A stretch of 64,000 nucleotides of DNA from an uncultured virus (IMG/VR IMGVR_UViG_2684622556_000001) (IMGVR_UViG_2684622556_000001), one strand, 5' to 3'. Positions 1 to 10,931 are shown, counted from the stretch's first letter. The notes: generated from the letters alone by a model not told the origin. Numbers and translations: made by a program.

Positions 1-1842
<1,842 letters not shown>

Positions 1843-2161
1843 ACCCAGCTCCCGACTCACGATGGAAAACACTACCTGCGCTAACTAAGTAAATTCTTAG
1901 CTCGCAGGTGACCCGCCGTACGAGGGGCGGGCGGCAACTTCCAAGGTCGTCGATCGCGCAGTCTGGTGACGAATCAGCACCAGAGTTCTGCGAAATCTGG
2001 TGTCTTTCAAGGGGTATCACTACATGCCGGATAGTTTCAATGTGACGCAAGGGGTGTGTCGCCTACGGGTGTGAGCTTGGTTGTAAACAAGCGGAGCCGC
2101 ACGCGGTGGGATATCGGAGTTGGTGTTGGCGGGCGGGCCTAGTAGAACTAGGTGATCTATG

Positions 2162-2238
2162 GCCCCCATAGCCCAATTGGCAGAGGCAGCGGACTTAAAA
2201 TCCGCCAAGTGTCGGTTCGAGTCCGACTGGGGGCACCA
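2162..2238 (+). tRNA. tRNA-Leu (anticodon TAA); probable prophage attachment site
   Basis: Acceptor stem GCCCCCA/TGGGGGC plus A-CCA; anticodon arm GCGGA-CTTAAAA-TCCGC; T arm GTCGG-TTCGAGT-CCGAC. Confidence 0.95.
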
Positions 2239-2253
2239 GGTCAGGCGCCACTT

Positions 2254-2283
2254 AGTGTAGCCTCACTGTACTCATTACTGTAC
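2254..2283 (+). repeat. Putative integrase arm-type sites
   Basis: AGTGTAG (2254), ACTGTAC (2265), ACTGTAC (2277) at 11-12 bp spacing just 3' of the tRNA. Confidence 0.45.
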
Positions 2284-2373
2284 CCGATCGAAAGGCCGCA
2301 CACCTTACGTGTACACCTCGCGTGCGGAACGCATCCATCTGTCGGGCCATCGGCCATTTAATGAGCTGCTGAG

Positions 2374-3147
2374 CTAGGGGCAGTCAGGGTAGATGGACAT
2401 CGCGGTGCGTACGAACTCCACGGCCTGATCTAGTGGAGTATTCGTCTCTGCGCTGAGGGACTGCTGTACGAACTGCACGGTGTTCCCCTGAGTGAGTAGT
2501 GAGCATGATTGCCGTGCGTTGTGGGTCATCCCGTCCGCATCGGTGATAGTCCAGCCCAGTGCCCGCATCTTGCTCAAGAACTTCTGGTCGTAGACGGCGG
2601 GCTGCACCGCGGCGGGTTTCGGGCAGTAGTGCTCGAGTGCCGCGGTCACCATGATCCGGGCTTTGTCGTACGGGTAGGCGGTCCGCTTTTCGGCGATAGT
2701 CATCGCCAGGTCGACTATCTGCATGGACGGGTTGTCGCGGTGGGTGACGCAGGTGGCTTGGCCCATCTGGATGAGTGACCCGCGGTTTACGTCCGAGACC
2801 GGGATTCCTTGGCTGAAGACATCCGCTAGGTATGCGTCGTCGACGGGTGATTTCGGATCTGCCGCAACAACCTTCGGTGGCTCGGCGACGACGGTGGTCG
2901 GCGGCGGGGTAGTGGGTTTTGGGCTTTGATGAAAGAAGACGTACGCGCCACCGGCAGCCAATCCTGCAACCGCTGCTGTAGCGGCGAAGACGACTCCGCT
3001 GATCAACCAGTTGCGTCGGCGGGGATCGTCGTACGGTTCAGGCTCTTCGAGCTCGTCGGTGTCAGACCAGGCGGTGGGTGCGGTCTCCACAACGCCGGTC
3101 TCAGCCAGAGCGGCAGGCGACACCATTGTCGGCTCTTGCTCTTCCAT
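2374..3147 (-). CDS. Membrane-anchored protein with two DUF732-like domains
   Basis: Acidic N-terminus, one TM helix, Pro/Thr linker, then two domains of the D..(Y/F)L...GxxxC...YCP/YPDCP type. RBS AAGGGAGG before ATG 3147. Confidence 0.7.
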   Translation of the reverse strand: MEEQEPTMVSPAALAETGVVETAPTAWSDTDELEEPEPYDDPRRRNWLISGVVFAATAAVAGLAAGGAYVFFHQSPKPTTPPPTTVVAEPPKVVAADPKSPVDDAYLADVFSQGIPVSDVNRGSLIQMGQATCVTHRDNPSMQIVDLAMTIAEKRTAYPYDKARIMVTAALEHYCPKPAAVQPAVYDQKFLSKMRALGWTITDADGMTHNARQSCSLLTQGNTVQFVQQSLSAETNTPLDQAVEFVRTAMSIYPDCP

Positions 3148-3171
3148 GAGCCCTCCCTTGACCTGCACATT

Positions 3172-3411
3172 CTACGACTTGGGCAGTATGCTGCGTGCCC
3201 ATCTGAGAAGTCGAATGCGGTCTTGGTGCTCACGCTCGGGGTTGTGTTCGCGGCTCAGGTACTCATCGAGGGCGCGTTGCATATCAGGATCGCGCAGAGG
3301 GTTGAGAGTGATGGCTTCCCGTAGGCGTGCCTCTGGTGAGATATCGCGGCGCGACCCAATCCCTAACGCGCAGCGGATGGCTGCAGAGACCACGCCTAGG
3401 CGCTCGCTCAT
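3172..3411 (-). CDS. Hypothetical protein (79 aa)
   Basis: ATGA overlap with the upstream ORF. Confidence 0.6.
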   Translation of the reverse strand: MSERLGVVSAAIRCALGIGSRRDISPEARLREAITLNPLRDPDMQRALDEYLSREHNPEREHQDRIRLLRWARSILPKS

Positions 3412-3785
3412 CTTCCGCCTGTAGTGATGCGCAGTTGTTCCCGAAGGTCTTCGATCTCTGCTATCAGAAGCGGCATGAGGTCGTCAGCGCTGTTAAGAAA
3501 ATTGGCATCGACCGAGTTATAACCGCATTCGGAGCAGCCCAGGTTGTCTTCGTCCGTTTGAAATCGTGTGACGGCTTCCTTGGCCTCCTTGACTAGGTCG
3601 AAGTCCTGGTTTTCGTCAACGAGCTTTAGCGCTACTTCCAGGGCGCTCGACCAGGAGCGGCAAGGGATAAACCTCTCAGGGCCATCCTGGTAGGGCCTAT
3701 AGACGCCCCATCGTGGATGGTTCACTCCATTGAGGTAGTAGTAACTGTTCGGTATGCGGCGCACCCGAAATCGCAAGTCGCTCAT
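3408..3785 (-). CDS. Hypothetical protein (125 aa), cargo of 44-nt element A
   Basis: ATG is the last triplet of element A; CxxC motif and coiled C-terminus. Confidence 0.7.
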   Translation of the reverse strand: MSDLRFRVRRIPNSYYYLNGVNHPRWGVYRPYQDGPERFIPCRSWSSALEVALKLVDENQDFDLVKEAKEAVTRFQTDEDNLGCSECGYNSVDANFLNSADDLMPLLIAEIEDLREQLRITTGGR

Positions 3786-3826
3786 CCCTCAATTATCCGG
3801 CGTTTCAACCGGAGTCGCGGTGTCTA
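3783..3826 (-). promoter_or_regulatory. 44-nt stop-to-start element, copy A
   Basis: TAGACACCGCGACTCCGGTTGAAACGCCGGATAATTGAGGGATG. Confidence 0.8.
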
Positions 3827-4846
3827 GACGGCCACCACTTGCTTCCGTTTCTTCAATGCCAGTGCGCGTTTCTCCACAATGAACCAGCTCATCGCCGCCA
3901 GCGGAAGGGTTAGCAAGGTCGCCAGAATGAAGAACGGGAACACTCCGAGTGTTCCGAGGCCGATGATGACGAGTAGCTGTTGGATGGGGAAGGCGTAGAT
4001 GTACACCCCGTAGGAGAGGTCGTTGCGCAGGTTCGGGCGTTTGAGCATAGCGCCGGACGCTATGACGAGGTACGCCAAGGGGATTGCTGCCAACACCCGA
4101 TAATTCGGTAGCAGCCCGGAGATAAGCACCACTCCTGCTGCTAAGGCGATGAGCGACCAGCGGGCGGGGATCTTGTCTTGGTATTGGTAGATCAACGCCC
4201 CAGCCGCGAACATCACCGCGAACCGGGTAACCATCTGGGGGATGGTCTGCATCGCGAACGCCGGATACCCGAACACCGCCGTCCCACACAGTGCGAGCAC
4301 GAAAGCTACAGGGATGGTCGAGCGGTATTTCAGTAGCCCTGTGACGCCGAGGATGGCGACGAAGATGTAGCAGCCCATCTCAAAGGTGAGGGTCCACAAA
4401 GACCCATTCCACACCCCCGGCCACGGAACATCCTGAGGCGTCCCACCAATCCCCGGGTAGAAGGGGTTCAGTAGGCCACCGTTGATGATGTAGGCCACCG
4501 CCGACATGGGGCTGGGCATCGTCCCGTGCTTGATCCACACACTTACCGGTGCGATCACAAACGCGGTGATCAGTAGGCACACCCACAACCCGGGAAAGAT
4601 CCGTAGGCAGCGGGCGGTGAAGTACGTCTTCGGATTAGGGTGCCGCATCCAACTGGACGTGATCAGGAACCCCGATACCGCGAAGAACCCATCCACCCCC
4701 ACTTGCGAGAGCAGTTGAGTGATCGGCCTGGCGGGGATCTCATGGCCAGTCAGTGGCCAGGTGTGCCACAGGATCACAGACGTGGCCAGGATTAGTCGCC
4801 ATGCGTTGAGCGCGTTGTTGCGTGGGTCGAATACGCGTCCGAGCAC
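3824..4846 (-). CDS. Acyltransferase family 3 (OafA/YrhL-like membrane O-acyltransferase)
   Basis: R..LA..V...H, GVDGFFAVSGFLIT, RCLRIFP, NGSLWTL..E, SYGVYIY, SWFIVEKR; about 10 TM helices. GTG 4846 has GGAGG upstream (ORF extends to 4894). Confidence 0.9.
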   Translation of the reverse strand: MLGRVFDPRNNALNAWRLILATSVILWHTWPLTGHEIPARPITQLLSQVGVDGFFAVSGFLITSSWMRHPNPKTYFTARCLRIFPGLWVCLLITAFVIAPVSVWIKHGTMPSPMSAVAYIINGGLLNPFYPGIGGTPQDVPWPGVWNGSLWTLTFEMGCYIFVAILGVTGLLKYRSTIPVAFVLALCGTAVFGYPAFAMQTIPQMVTRFAVMFAAGALIYQYQDKIPARWSLIALAAGVVLISGLLPNYRVLAAIPLAYLVIASGAMLKRPNLRNDLSYGVYIYAFPIQQLLVIIGLGTLGVFPFFILATLLTLPLAAMSWFIVEKRALALKKRKQVVAV

Positions 4847-5065
4847 TTCCCCTCCAGGGCTTGGTGATTGGACGATACGCCGGTTCAAGATCACCCCGCA
4901 GGAAAATTCTCAGCTTTGGACGCACCTACTACGCTTGTAGTGGGACCTTGATTCGTCTACCGGTAATTCTCCGTACCCCTTCCGTTCAACTGCGAGGCGG
5001 GTGTAATCTACGTCACACGCGCCGGGGCGTGGACCAAATCCCATATCGTTCAAAGGCTTTCGGCG

Positions 5066-5794
5066 ATGCATGCTGCCCTCATCATCTTTACTATCGCAAC
5101 CATCACATGGTCGCTATGGATAAGAAGACTCACGTGGACATGCAATCAAGAGTTAGCCGCAACACTCAACATCGCGTTGCAGGGCGGCGCGGTAATACTA
5201 ATGAGCCCGATCGCCTCCGAGACGGCTGGCCAGCTTCTATACAAGTGGACCAACATGCACAACCTGGAAGATCTGATCGCGCACGACCTCTACATCATCG
5301 CAGCCTCGGCCATCATCATCGATGCCCTCTATCGCCTTGAGATCGATCTGCATGAGAAATTCCATAAGTTCGTTGAGCTACCCGCCCTGCTCGTAATACC
5401 CGCGCTGCTAACGTTCTTCACGTCAGGGGATGCAGTCAAGTCCTATCGGGAAGACTTCTTTCGACTGCCCGTCACGGACGCGTGGATGATGGCCTACTGG
5501 ACCATCCTGTGTGGCGTTCTCGGATACCTGCTCGCGTACTCCATGAGAGCACTGGTACCCCTTTGGCGTGAGCGGGAAAGCCGCATCATCGCCACTGTGT
5601 ACATGATCGCCACGGCCTTCGGCGTAACCGCATGCGGTGCCCGCATGGTGACCGCGCAACTACCCTTCCAAGATCAAGACACTATGTGGGCCAGCCTGCT
5701 CGTGTGGGCGCCAGCGGCTCTCTGTGGCGCGATCTTCGCCGCCGCGGCAGGTCAGTCTTGGATGCGGCAGACAAACATGCTTATCTCCGCTTAA
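5066..5794 (+). CDS. Integral membrane protein (about 7 TM), function unknown
   Basis: 242 aa of alternating hydrophobic helices; convergent with and overlapping the repressor 3' end. Confidence 0.75.
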   Translation: MHAALIIFTIATITWSLWIRRLTWTCNQELAATLNIALQGGAVILMSPIASETAGQLLYKWTNMHNLEDLIAHDLYIIAASAIIIDALYRLEIDLHEKFHKFVELPALLVIPALLTFFTSGDAVKSYREDFFRLPVTDAWMMAYWTILCGVLGYLLAYSMRALVPLWRERESRIIATVYMIATAFGVTACGARMVTAQLPFQDQDTMWASLLVWAPAALCGAIFAAAAGQSWMRQTNMLISA

Positions 5795-6218
5795 GGGATG
5801 CCCGTGATACCGACTTGGACCGGCGGTCCTCCTGGTCTTGACTCGCTTCGCGCGGTGCTCGCGAAAGCGAGCGCATCTGCTCCAAGGTTGACAGCAGGAT
5901 GGCGCGGTCCTTGTCGGAGAGACTGGTATCGAGTCGGATCGCTTGCTCTGGGGTGACGTTCTCGTAGGCGGGCAGCACAAACCCCATTGCCTCGAAGGCT
6001 GCGACAGCAATCTGGGACGGTGCGACCCGTAGGGCGGCCGACAGTTCGTAGATGTTCTCGCGCTTGATTGAGTCGAGCTGACCGCGCAGCCGCGAGATGG
6101 TTGATTTGGATACGACATAGCCCTGCTCCTCAGCGTTCCGTGCCAGGGCCGTGTCCGACCAACCGTTGGCGCTCTTTACGCCTTCGATGAGCTGGTCGAG
6201 TCGATGCCTGGTGGCCAT
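5781..6218 (-). CDS. Immunity repressor (XRE-type HTH)
   Basis: GWSDTALAR...VSKSTISRLR...LSAALRV HTH; divergent from Cro. Start 6218 or 6233. Confidence 0.75.
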   Translation of the reverse strand: MATRHRLDQLIEGVKSANGWSDTALARNAEEQGYVVSKSTISRLRGQLDSIKRENIYELSAALRVAPSQIAVAAFEAMGFVLPAYENVTPEQAIRLDTSLSDKDRAILLSTLEQMRSLSRAPREASQDQEDRRSKSVSRASLKRR

Positions 6219-6245
6219 GTCTTCACCGTCCAACTTAAGTGGTCG

Positions 6246-6424
6246 TCCTGTCCACCGGGCTGGGCACTGCCGAAACCCGACGGGTGGGCACTAATAAATG
6301 TCGTCGTTGCACGTCAATACTTGCAGGTCGGGAGCTATCTCGCAAAACACATCTGTGTAATTCGTTGCATGTTGGGCACCGACTATGATTTGATGGACAG
6401 GAAAGCTGGACACTATGGACAGGA
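6246..6424. promoter_or_regulatory. Lysis/lysogeny switch region with repeated putative operators
   Basis: TGGACAGGA at 6246-6254 (-), 6394-6402 and 6416-6424; TGGACAC at 6407; TGGGCAC at 6261, 6285 and 6373. Confidence 0.55.
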
Positions 6425-6431
6425 AGGTGTA

Positions 6432-6752
6432 ATGTCTCCCACATCCCAGAAGAACCAACTTGGCGAGGTGTACATGTACGTCAGGGATCCCAAGAAGATC
6501 GTCCGCCTGATGATCTGCCAAGAGGTATCGCAGCGTGAAGTGTCGACAGCCGCGGGATGGAAGTCCCATTCCTATCTAGGCCGCATCCTCCGCGGCGAGG
6601 TACGCACACTGGAGACCGACCCGGCGCTCCGCATAGCCCACTTCCTCAAGGTGCCCGTCGATGATCTTTTTGCAACCAAAGTGGACAACAAAACTGTCCG
6701 TAGTGAACAAGAAAAAAGTCGAGGTGCGCGGCGCGTTCGGAGGGTGGCATGA
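6432..6752 (+). CDS. Cro-like HTH protein
   Basis: VSQREVSTAAGWKSHSYLGRILRG...IAHFLKVPVDDLF; RBS AGGAAGG before ATG 6432. Confidence 0.8.
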   Translation: MSPTSQKNQLGEVYMYVRDPKKIVRLMICQEVSQREVSTAAGWKSHSYLGRILRGEVRTLETDPALRIAHFLKVPVDDLFATKVDNKTVRSEQEKSRGARRVRRVA

Positions 6753-7081
6753 GTATCGCCATATTCCCCGTAACGCCGGACATTGCCCAGCAGTGGATCG
6801 ACCGCACAGACCCTAATGAAGTAGCCCAGGCTAGCCCTGCGCATGTTCGACACTATGCGGAGGTCATGGCCAGGGGTGATTGGATGAGGCCCGCTAAGTC
6901 CTCGCCAATCTTGATTGCGGCCAACGATACGAGCGTCATAGACGGCCTACGCCGACTCTTGGCAGTCATCAAGGCTGACGTGCCGGTGAAAATGTATGTA
7001 GCCGAAGTTCCTGGCATTACCAGGTCTGGATTGCGTGCATTTCGATTCGCGGGAGAGTTGCGACGGATGGCCAACTCATGA
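6749..7081 (+). CDS. ParB/Srx-fold-like protein
   Basis: VTPDIAQQW...YAEVMARGDW...PILI...VIDGLRRLLAV, a variant of IDGQHRL. Confidence 0.6.
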   Translation: MSIAIFPVTPDIAQQWIDRTDPNEVAQASPAHVRHYAEVMARGDWMRPAKSSPILIAANDTSVIDGLRRLLAVIKADVPVKMYVAEVPGITRSGLRAFRFAGELRRMANS

Positions 7082-7914
7082 CCGTAATACTGACCGGCGA
7101 AGTGGTCGAGAAGCTTCCATCGGAGGTTGAGAGCAAGGTAGTGGCTCTTCGGCGGCTTGATGGAGATTCCCAGGCGGCAGCTGTGACGGTGATGCTCTCA
7201 CACTCCCGCACGGGATTGTTGGCCGCTATTGCGGCGCAAGATCTTCCGCAGATAGTGGAGTGGAAAGCCAAGGCGTCCGCCATATCCGAGGTCGCCAAGC
7301 AGTTGCGTCTCGGCAAGGACATTCAGCAGGAAGCTGCGGAATTTGTGCGTCGCGCCGAACGTGGACTAGGTGTAGGCATCCGCGAAGGGCAGGCGCGGGG
7401 AGAGGTAGAGACTTGCAACGAGGGGAAGGCGCGGGGAAGCCTAGTTAGGGATCAAGTCGTAACTTACGACAAGGTCAAGCCAAAGCCCACAGACTTCGCA
7501 AGTAAGCACGAGTTGACAAACACCCACGGGGGAATCTACGACCTCGCCGACGGTGTCTCGGACGAACAGTTTGAAGAGGCGATAACCGAGGCTCGCGCAG
7601 AGGGAAACCTGTCTCGCGCCAACGTGGCCCGTAAGTGCAAGGACAAAGCCCGGGCCGTAAGGGAAGTCGTAGATGCCGACGATCCGCTTATCGATGCCGC
7701 CGCGGCCGAGCCTGTCACAACCAAGTGGCCTTTCCGTAACTCGCCCACCGAGTTCCTGGCTGAGATCACCGGCAGCATTGCGGCATTCGCCGAAAACATC
7801 AAATGGATAACCGCCGGTTCGGTTGAGTCTGGCGAGCTGGAAACCCTCACTAAGCAAGCACGTGATGCGTGGTCACGAATCAACAAGCACCTCAAGGAGA
7901 TAAACAATGTCTAG
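7078..7914 (+). CDS. Hypothetical phage protein (278 aa)
   Basis: Coupled ORF; helical, contains the AAEFVRRAERGLG segment. Confidence 0.75.
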   Translation: MTVILTGEVVEKLPSEVESKVVALRRLDGDSQAAAVTVMLSHSRTGLLAAIAAQDLPQIVEWKAKASAISEVAKQLRLGKDIQQEAAEFVRRAERGLGVGIREGQARGEVETCNEGKARGSLVRDQVVTYDKVKPKPTDFASKHELTNTHGGIYDLADGVSDEQFEEAITEARAEGNLSRANVARKCKDKARAVREVVDADDPLIDAAAAEPVTTKWPFRNSPTEFLAEITGSIAAFAENIKWITAGSVESGELETLTKQARDAWSRINKHLKEINNV

Positions 7915-8704
7915 GCCCGAGCGCATTGAGTTCACTTCCCATATCGGATGGGTGCGCCTTGATGAAATGAAGGTGAGCCCGGTTGCGCAGCGCGCATTGA
8001 ATCAGGCGTGGGTGGATCGGCTCAGCGCAGAATTCAATCCAGACGTGATGGGCATGCTGCATGTATCTCACCGTGATGGCTGGTACTACGTTATCGACGG
8101 TCAGCACCGTCGAGCCGCAGCCATTCAGTGGATGGGTTCAGACCAGCAGGTGCAGTGCCACGTCTACAACGGACTGAATTCCGCCGACGAGGCCAATCTG
8201 TTCTTGCGCCTAAATTCCGTCAAGGCGCAGACCCCAATGTCAAAGTACAAGGTTGCACTGACCGCTGGTCGCCCCGTCGAAACCGACATCGATCGTATCG
8301 CCCGATCTGCCGGTCTAGTGATTGGACTGAGCAAGGATCTCGAGGAAATCGGTTGCGTCACTGCACTGATCAACACCTACAACAAGTCTGGTCCGGGTTC
8401 ACTCGCCTTCGCCCTCCGGGTAATCCGGGACGCATATGGGTACGACGGATTCCAGCGCGACCCGATCGCCGCACTAGCCCTCATAAAGGACCGCTACGGC
8501 GATGCCATAGAAGAGGACAAGCTGGTCATGCGGCTCAACAAAATAGGCATCGTGGAGCTGCGGCGTGAAGCGCGCAAGTGGAGGGACACCACCGGAAACC
8601 CTGGCGCGCAATGCTTCGCGCACGCCATGATCACCTTCTATAACCGTGGAAATGGCAAGCGTGTCGACCCCTGGTGGAACCTCGGGATTGTGGGTGTGGC
8701 ATGA
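7907..8704 (+). CDS. DGQHR/ParB-fold protein (DUF6551-like)
   Basis: AQR.L...WV, YYVIDGQHRR, EANLFLRLN. Confidence 0.75.
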   Translation: MSRPERIEFTSHIGWVRLDEMKVSPVAQRALNQAWVDRLSAEFNPDVMGMLHVSHRDGWYYVIDGQHRRAAAIQWMGSDQQVQCHVYNGLNSADEANLFLRLNSVKAQTPMSKYKVALTAGRPVETDIDRIARSAGLVIGLSKDLEEIGCVTALINTYNKSGPGSLAFALRVIRDAYGYDGFQRDPIAALALIKDRYGDAIEEDKLVMRLNKIGIVELRREARKWRDTTGNPGAQCFAHAMITFYNRGNGKRVDPWWNLGIVGVA

Positions 8705-8892
8705 CCGATTCAAACCGGGTGCTCTATGACCGCGACGGAGCCGCCGAGCAGCTGTCAACAAGTGCGCGGCGGGTGGACGACCTCAGGCGCGCACGACTAC
8801 TACTCGCTGTCCGTGATGGACGTGAATGGAAGTACACCGCAGCCGAACTCCGGCGATACGCCGAATCCCTACCCTCGTCGGAATCGGCGTAG
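8701..8892 (+). CDS. Excisionase-like small HTH protein
   Basis: LYDRDGAAEQLSTSARRVDDL...LRRYAESLP; ATGA overlap. Confidence 0.65.
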   Translation: MTDSNRVLYDRDGAAEQLSTSARRVDDLRRARLLLAVRDGREWKYTAAELRRYAESLPSSESA

Positions 8893-8950
8893 ATCCGGCC
8901 ATGACGAAGAAACTGGAGCCGACCAAGGCCCCAAGGCCCAACGTCGCGCG

Positions 8951-9241
8951 ATGGTTGACATCCTGTGCAACAAATCTGACTGCTTCTCCCGTAAGAGGGC
9001 TAAAGCGATTGTGGCTGAAATGATCACCGCCGCCAACCTGAGCGAAGGTTCATCACTAGCTGATGGCATAGCCGAGTACGGACGCGGTGAAAGTGTGTCT
9101 AGCGACTGGATAGCTGACCCAATCGTGACCCCAATGACACGCACCCAAGCCCACGAGGCCTACGCCGCGATTGCGCGGCGGCTGTATCCAGAAGACACCG
9201 AGCTTCACGGACGGATAGCCGAACTCGACACAACTGAATAA
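8951..9241 (+). CDS. Hypothetical protein
   Basis: ORF within the early operon; start uncertain. Confidence 0.5.
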   Translation: MVDILCNKSDCFSRKRAKAIVAEMITAANLSEGSSLADGIAEYGRGESVSSDWIADPIVTPMTRTQAHEAYAAIARRLYPEDTELHGRIAELDTTE

Positions 9242-9267
9242 GCCCAGAGAACTTAAGGAGTAGTGAC

Positions 9268-9684
9268 ATGACCGAGAAACTGAACCCCACTCAAGCTCAA
9301 CTGAAAGCTATGACAGAGGCGGTTAAGGGCTTTGGAGCACGAGCGGTGCCTGAGTCTCTCGTCGATGCCTTGATTGAAGCCGCCAACAAGGTTGCAGATG
9401 GGGCCGAAGTTGGCACGGTGGTTGCAGATCCATCTGGTGCGTACATCGCAGTGCGGGACTGGAACTACAGCAAGGGCCCGTACCAAGTAAGTCCGATTGG
9501 CCGCAAGTGGAACCTCGTCCGGATCGGGCGGGCCGAATTCATACCCAGTGATGAACAAATAGACGCCTGGCCGGTGATCTTTGTGCCATCACAGCAGGCG
9601 ACGCTTGAAGATGCCGCCCAGCACGCATTCGCTCGGATCGCGTCGCGGGCCATCACCCCCGACGTCAACACCACTGACAACTGA
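9268..9684 (+). CDS. Hypothetical protein (138 aa)
   Basis: RBS AAGGAG. Confidence 0.7.
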   Translation: MTEKLNPTQAQLKAMTEAVKGFGARAVPESLVDALIEAANKVADGAEVGTVVADPSGAYIAVRDWNYSKGPYQVSPIGRKWNLVRIGRAEFIPSDEQIDAWPVIFVPSQQATLEDAAQHAFARIASRAITPDVNTTDN

Positions 9685-9696
9685 ATAAACCCCGAA

Positions 9697-9735
9697 CGCT
9701 GGGGCGGGACATCTTGGCGGAAGATCGCCCCAGCG
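9697..9735 (+). other. Strong intergenic hairpin
   Basis: CGCTGGGGCG...CGCCCCAGCG with inner ATCTT/AAGAT; no U-tract. Confidence 0.6.
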
Positions 9736-9765
9736 CCACTGCAACCAACACCTTGGAGGTGTGGC

Positions 9766-10074
9766 GTGTTCAAGCATAGATCCATCACGGCGGTAGCCGT
9801 AACAGTCCTAGTGGTTTCATGTGCTCCACCAGCTCACGCGGACTCGGCTCAAGACCTAGCCGAAAAGTACGGCATCTCAGTGTGTCGCAGCCTGGATGCT
9901 GATCCCACGATCGATGGGGTTCTCAACACCGGGGTATCGCTCACCAAAAAAGCGAACATCGACCCGTATGTAGCGGGACAAGTGTTGGCATACAGCGCCA
10001 TCTGGTTTTGCCCCACGCACATCACTCTCTTGAAGCGGTTCGCTGACTACTACAAGGGAGGGCGAGAAGCATGA
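9766..10074 (+). CDS. Secreted DUF732-like protein
   Basis: Signal peptide ending AHA-D; G..VC..L and WFCPTH motifs. Confidence 0.7.
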   Translation: MFKHRSITAVAVTVLVVSCAPPAHADSAQDLAEKYGISVCRSLDADPTIDGVLNTGVSLTKKANIDPYVAGQVLAYSAIWFCPTHITLLKRFADYYKGGREA

Positions 10075-10379
10075 GCGCGGATGAGCTTATAGACGACTGT
10101 CCCGAATGGATGTTGTACCGCACCGTTTACGACTGCGCAGCTGACATCGACCTCGAAGAAATCGAGGAGATGTTGGCCCCTGTCCGCAGCCAACTACCCA
10201 ACCCAGAGTCGGTGTTGTGGCGGTACGACAAGTGTGAACTGGAGACCTACACGGCGCTTAGCGCTGAACTCAAGGTCAACCCACGGGCATTGAATGCCGA
10301 AATCAAGCACGGATGCGAATTCCACTGGGGCAGCATAGCTCCCGAGTATTCCGAAGACGAAGAAGGTGAAGCGGCATGA
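10071..10379 (+). CDS. Hypothetical protein
   Basis: ATGA-coupled ORF. Confidence 0.65.
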   Translation: MSADELIDDCPEWMLYRTVYDCAADIDLEEIEEMLAPVRSQLPNPESVLWRYDKCELETYTALSAELKVNPRALNAEIKHGCEFHWGSIAPEYSEDEEGEAA

Positions 10380-10527
10380 GCTCACCAGTTGCCGTCATTG
10401 TCGTAACGGTCATTGCCGCGGTCGGCATTCCGATCCTGGCGATCGGGGCATTCTTTGAATGGGAGTGCTGGAAAACCGAGCATCGCCCCGGCTATGTCTC
10501 GCCCCTGCTAGCGCGTGGGGAGGACTG

Positions 10528-10704
10528 ATGCGCGAGCTATTCACGTTCCCAATCTGCCACGCACACCAAGTGTTCCACCCATGCAGGCCGTGCGAGAAGG
10601 AGCAGGCCCGTAACCAAGTCAAGAACTGGACCGCTATCGGGTGGCTGCTCACGTTCTCAGTGTTTTTCATGGTCGTTCTGTGGTACTCGGCAGGTGGGCG
10701 ATGA
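10528..10704 (+). CDS. Small membrane protein
   Basis: RBS GGAGGA; Cys/His motif and C-terminal TM helix. Confidence 0.6.
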   Translation: MRELFTFPICHAHQVFHPCRPCEKEQARNQVKNWTAIGWLLTFSVFFMVVLWYSAGGR

Positions 10705-10931
10705 ACATTCGAGAACTAAGTGCTGTGGATCAGCTGTTCGCGGCAGCCAATGATCACCTTTCTGAAGCAGTGATCACCGTCAAGGAGATGGTTGATGCAC
10801 ATGGCCCAGAAGAGGTGTGGGACAGATTCATCCGTGTGCTGACCGAACGTATTGAAGCAGGCGATTCGGATATCAAGACCATTGTCCATATTCACGCTAC
10901 AGCGTTGATCCGGTTAGCGAGGCAGTCATGA
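10701..10931 (+). CDS. Hypothetical protein
   Basis: ATGA-coupled ORF. Confidence 0.6.
   Translation: MNIRELSAVDQLFAAANDHLSEAVITVKEMVDAHGPEEVWDRFIRVLTERIEAGDSDIKTIVHIHATALIRLARQS

Noticed and set aside
2374..6218. Polymorphic toxin/WXG100 cassette of the kind common in M. abscessus prophages
   Set aside because: No WXG100 or toxin-immunity genes recognised in the window; the region beyond int is not visible.
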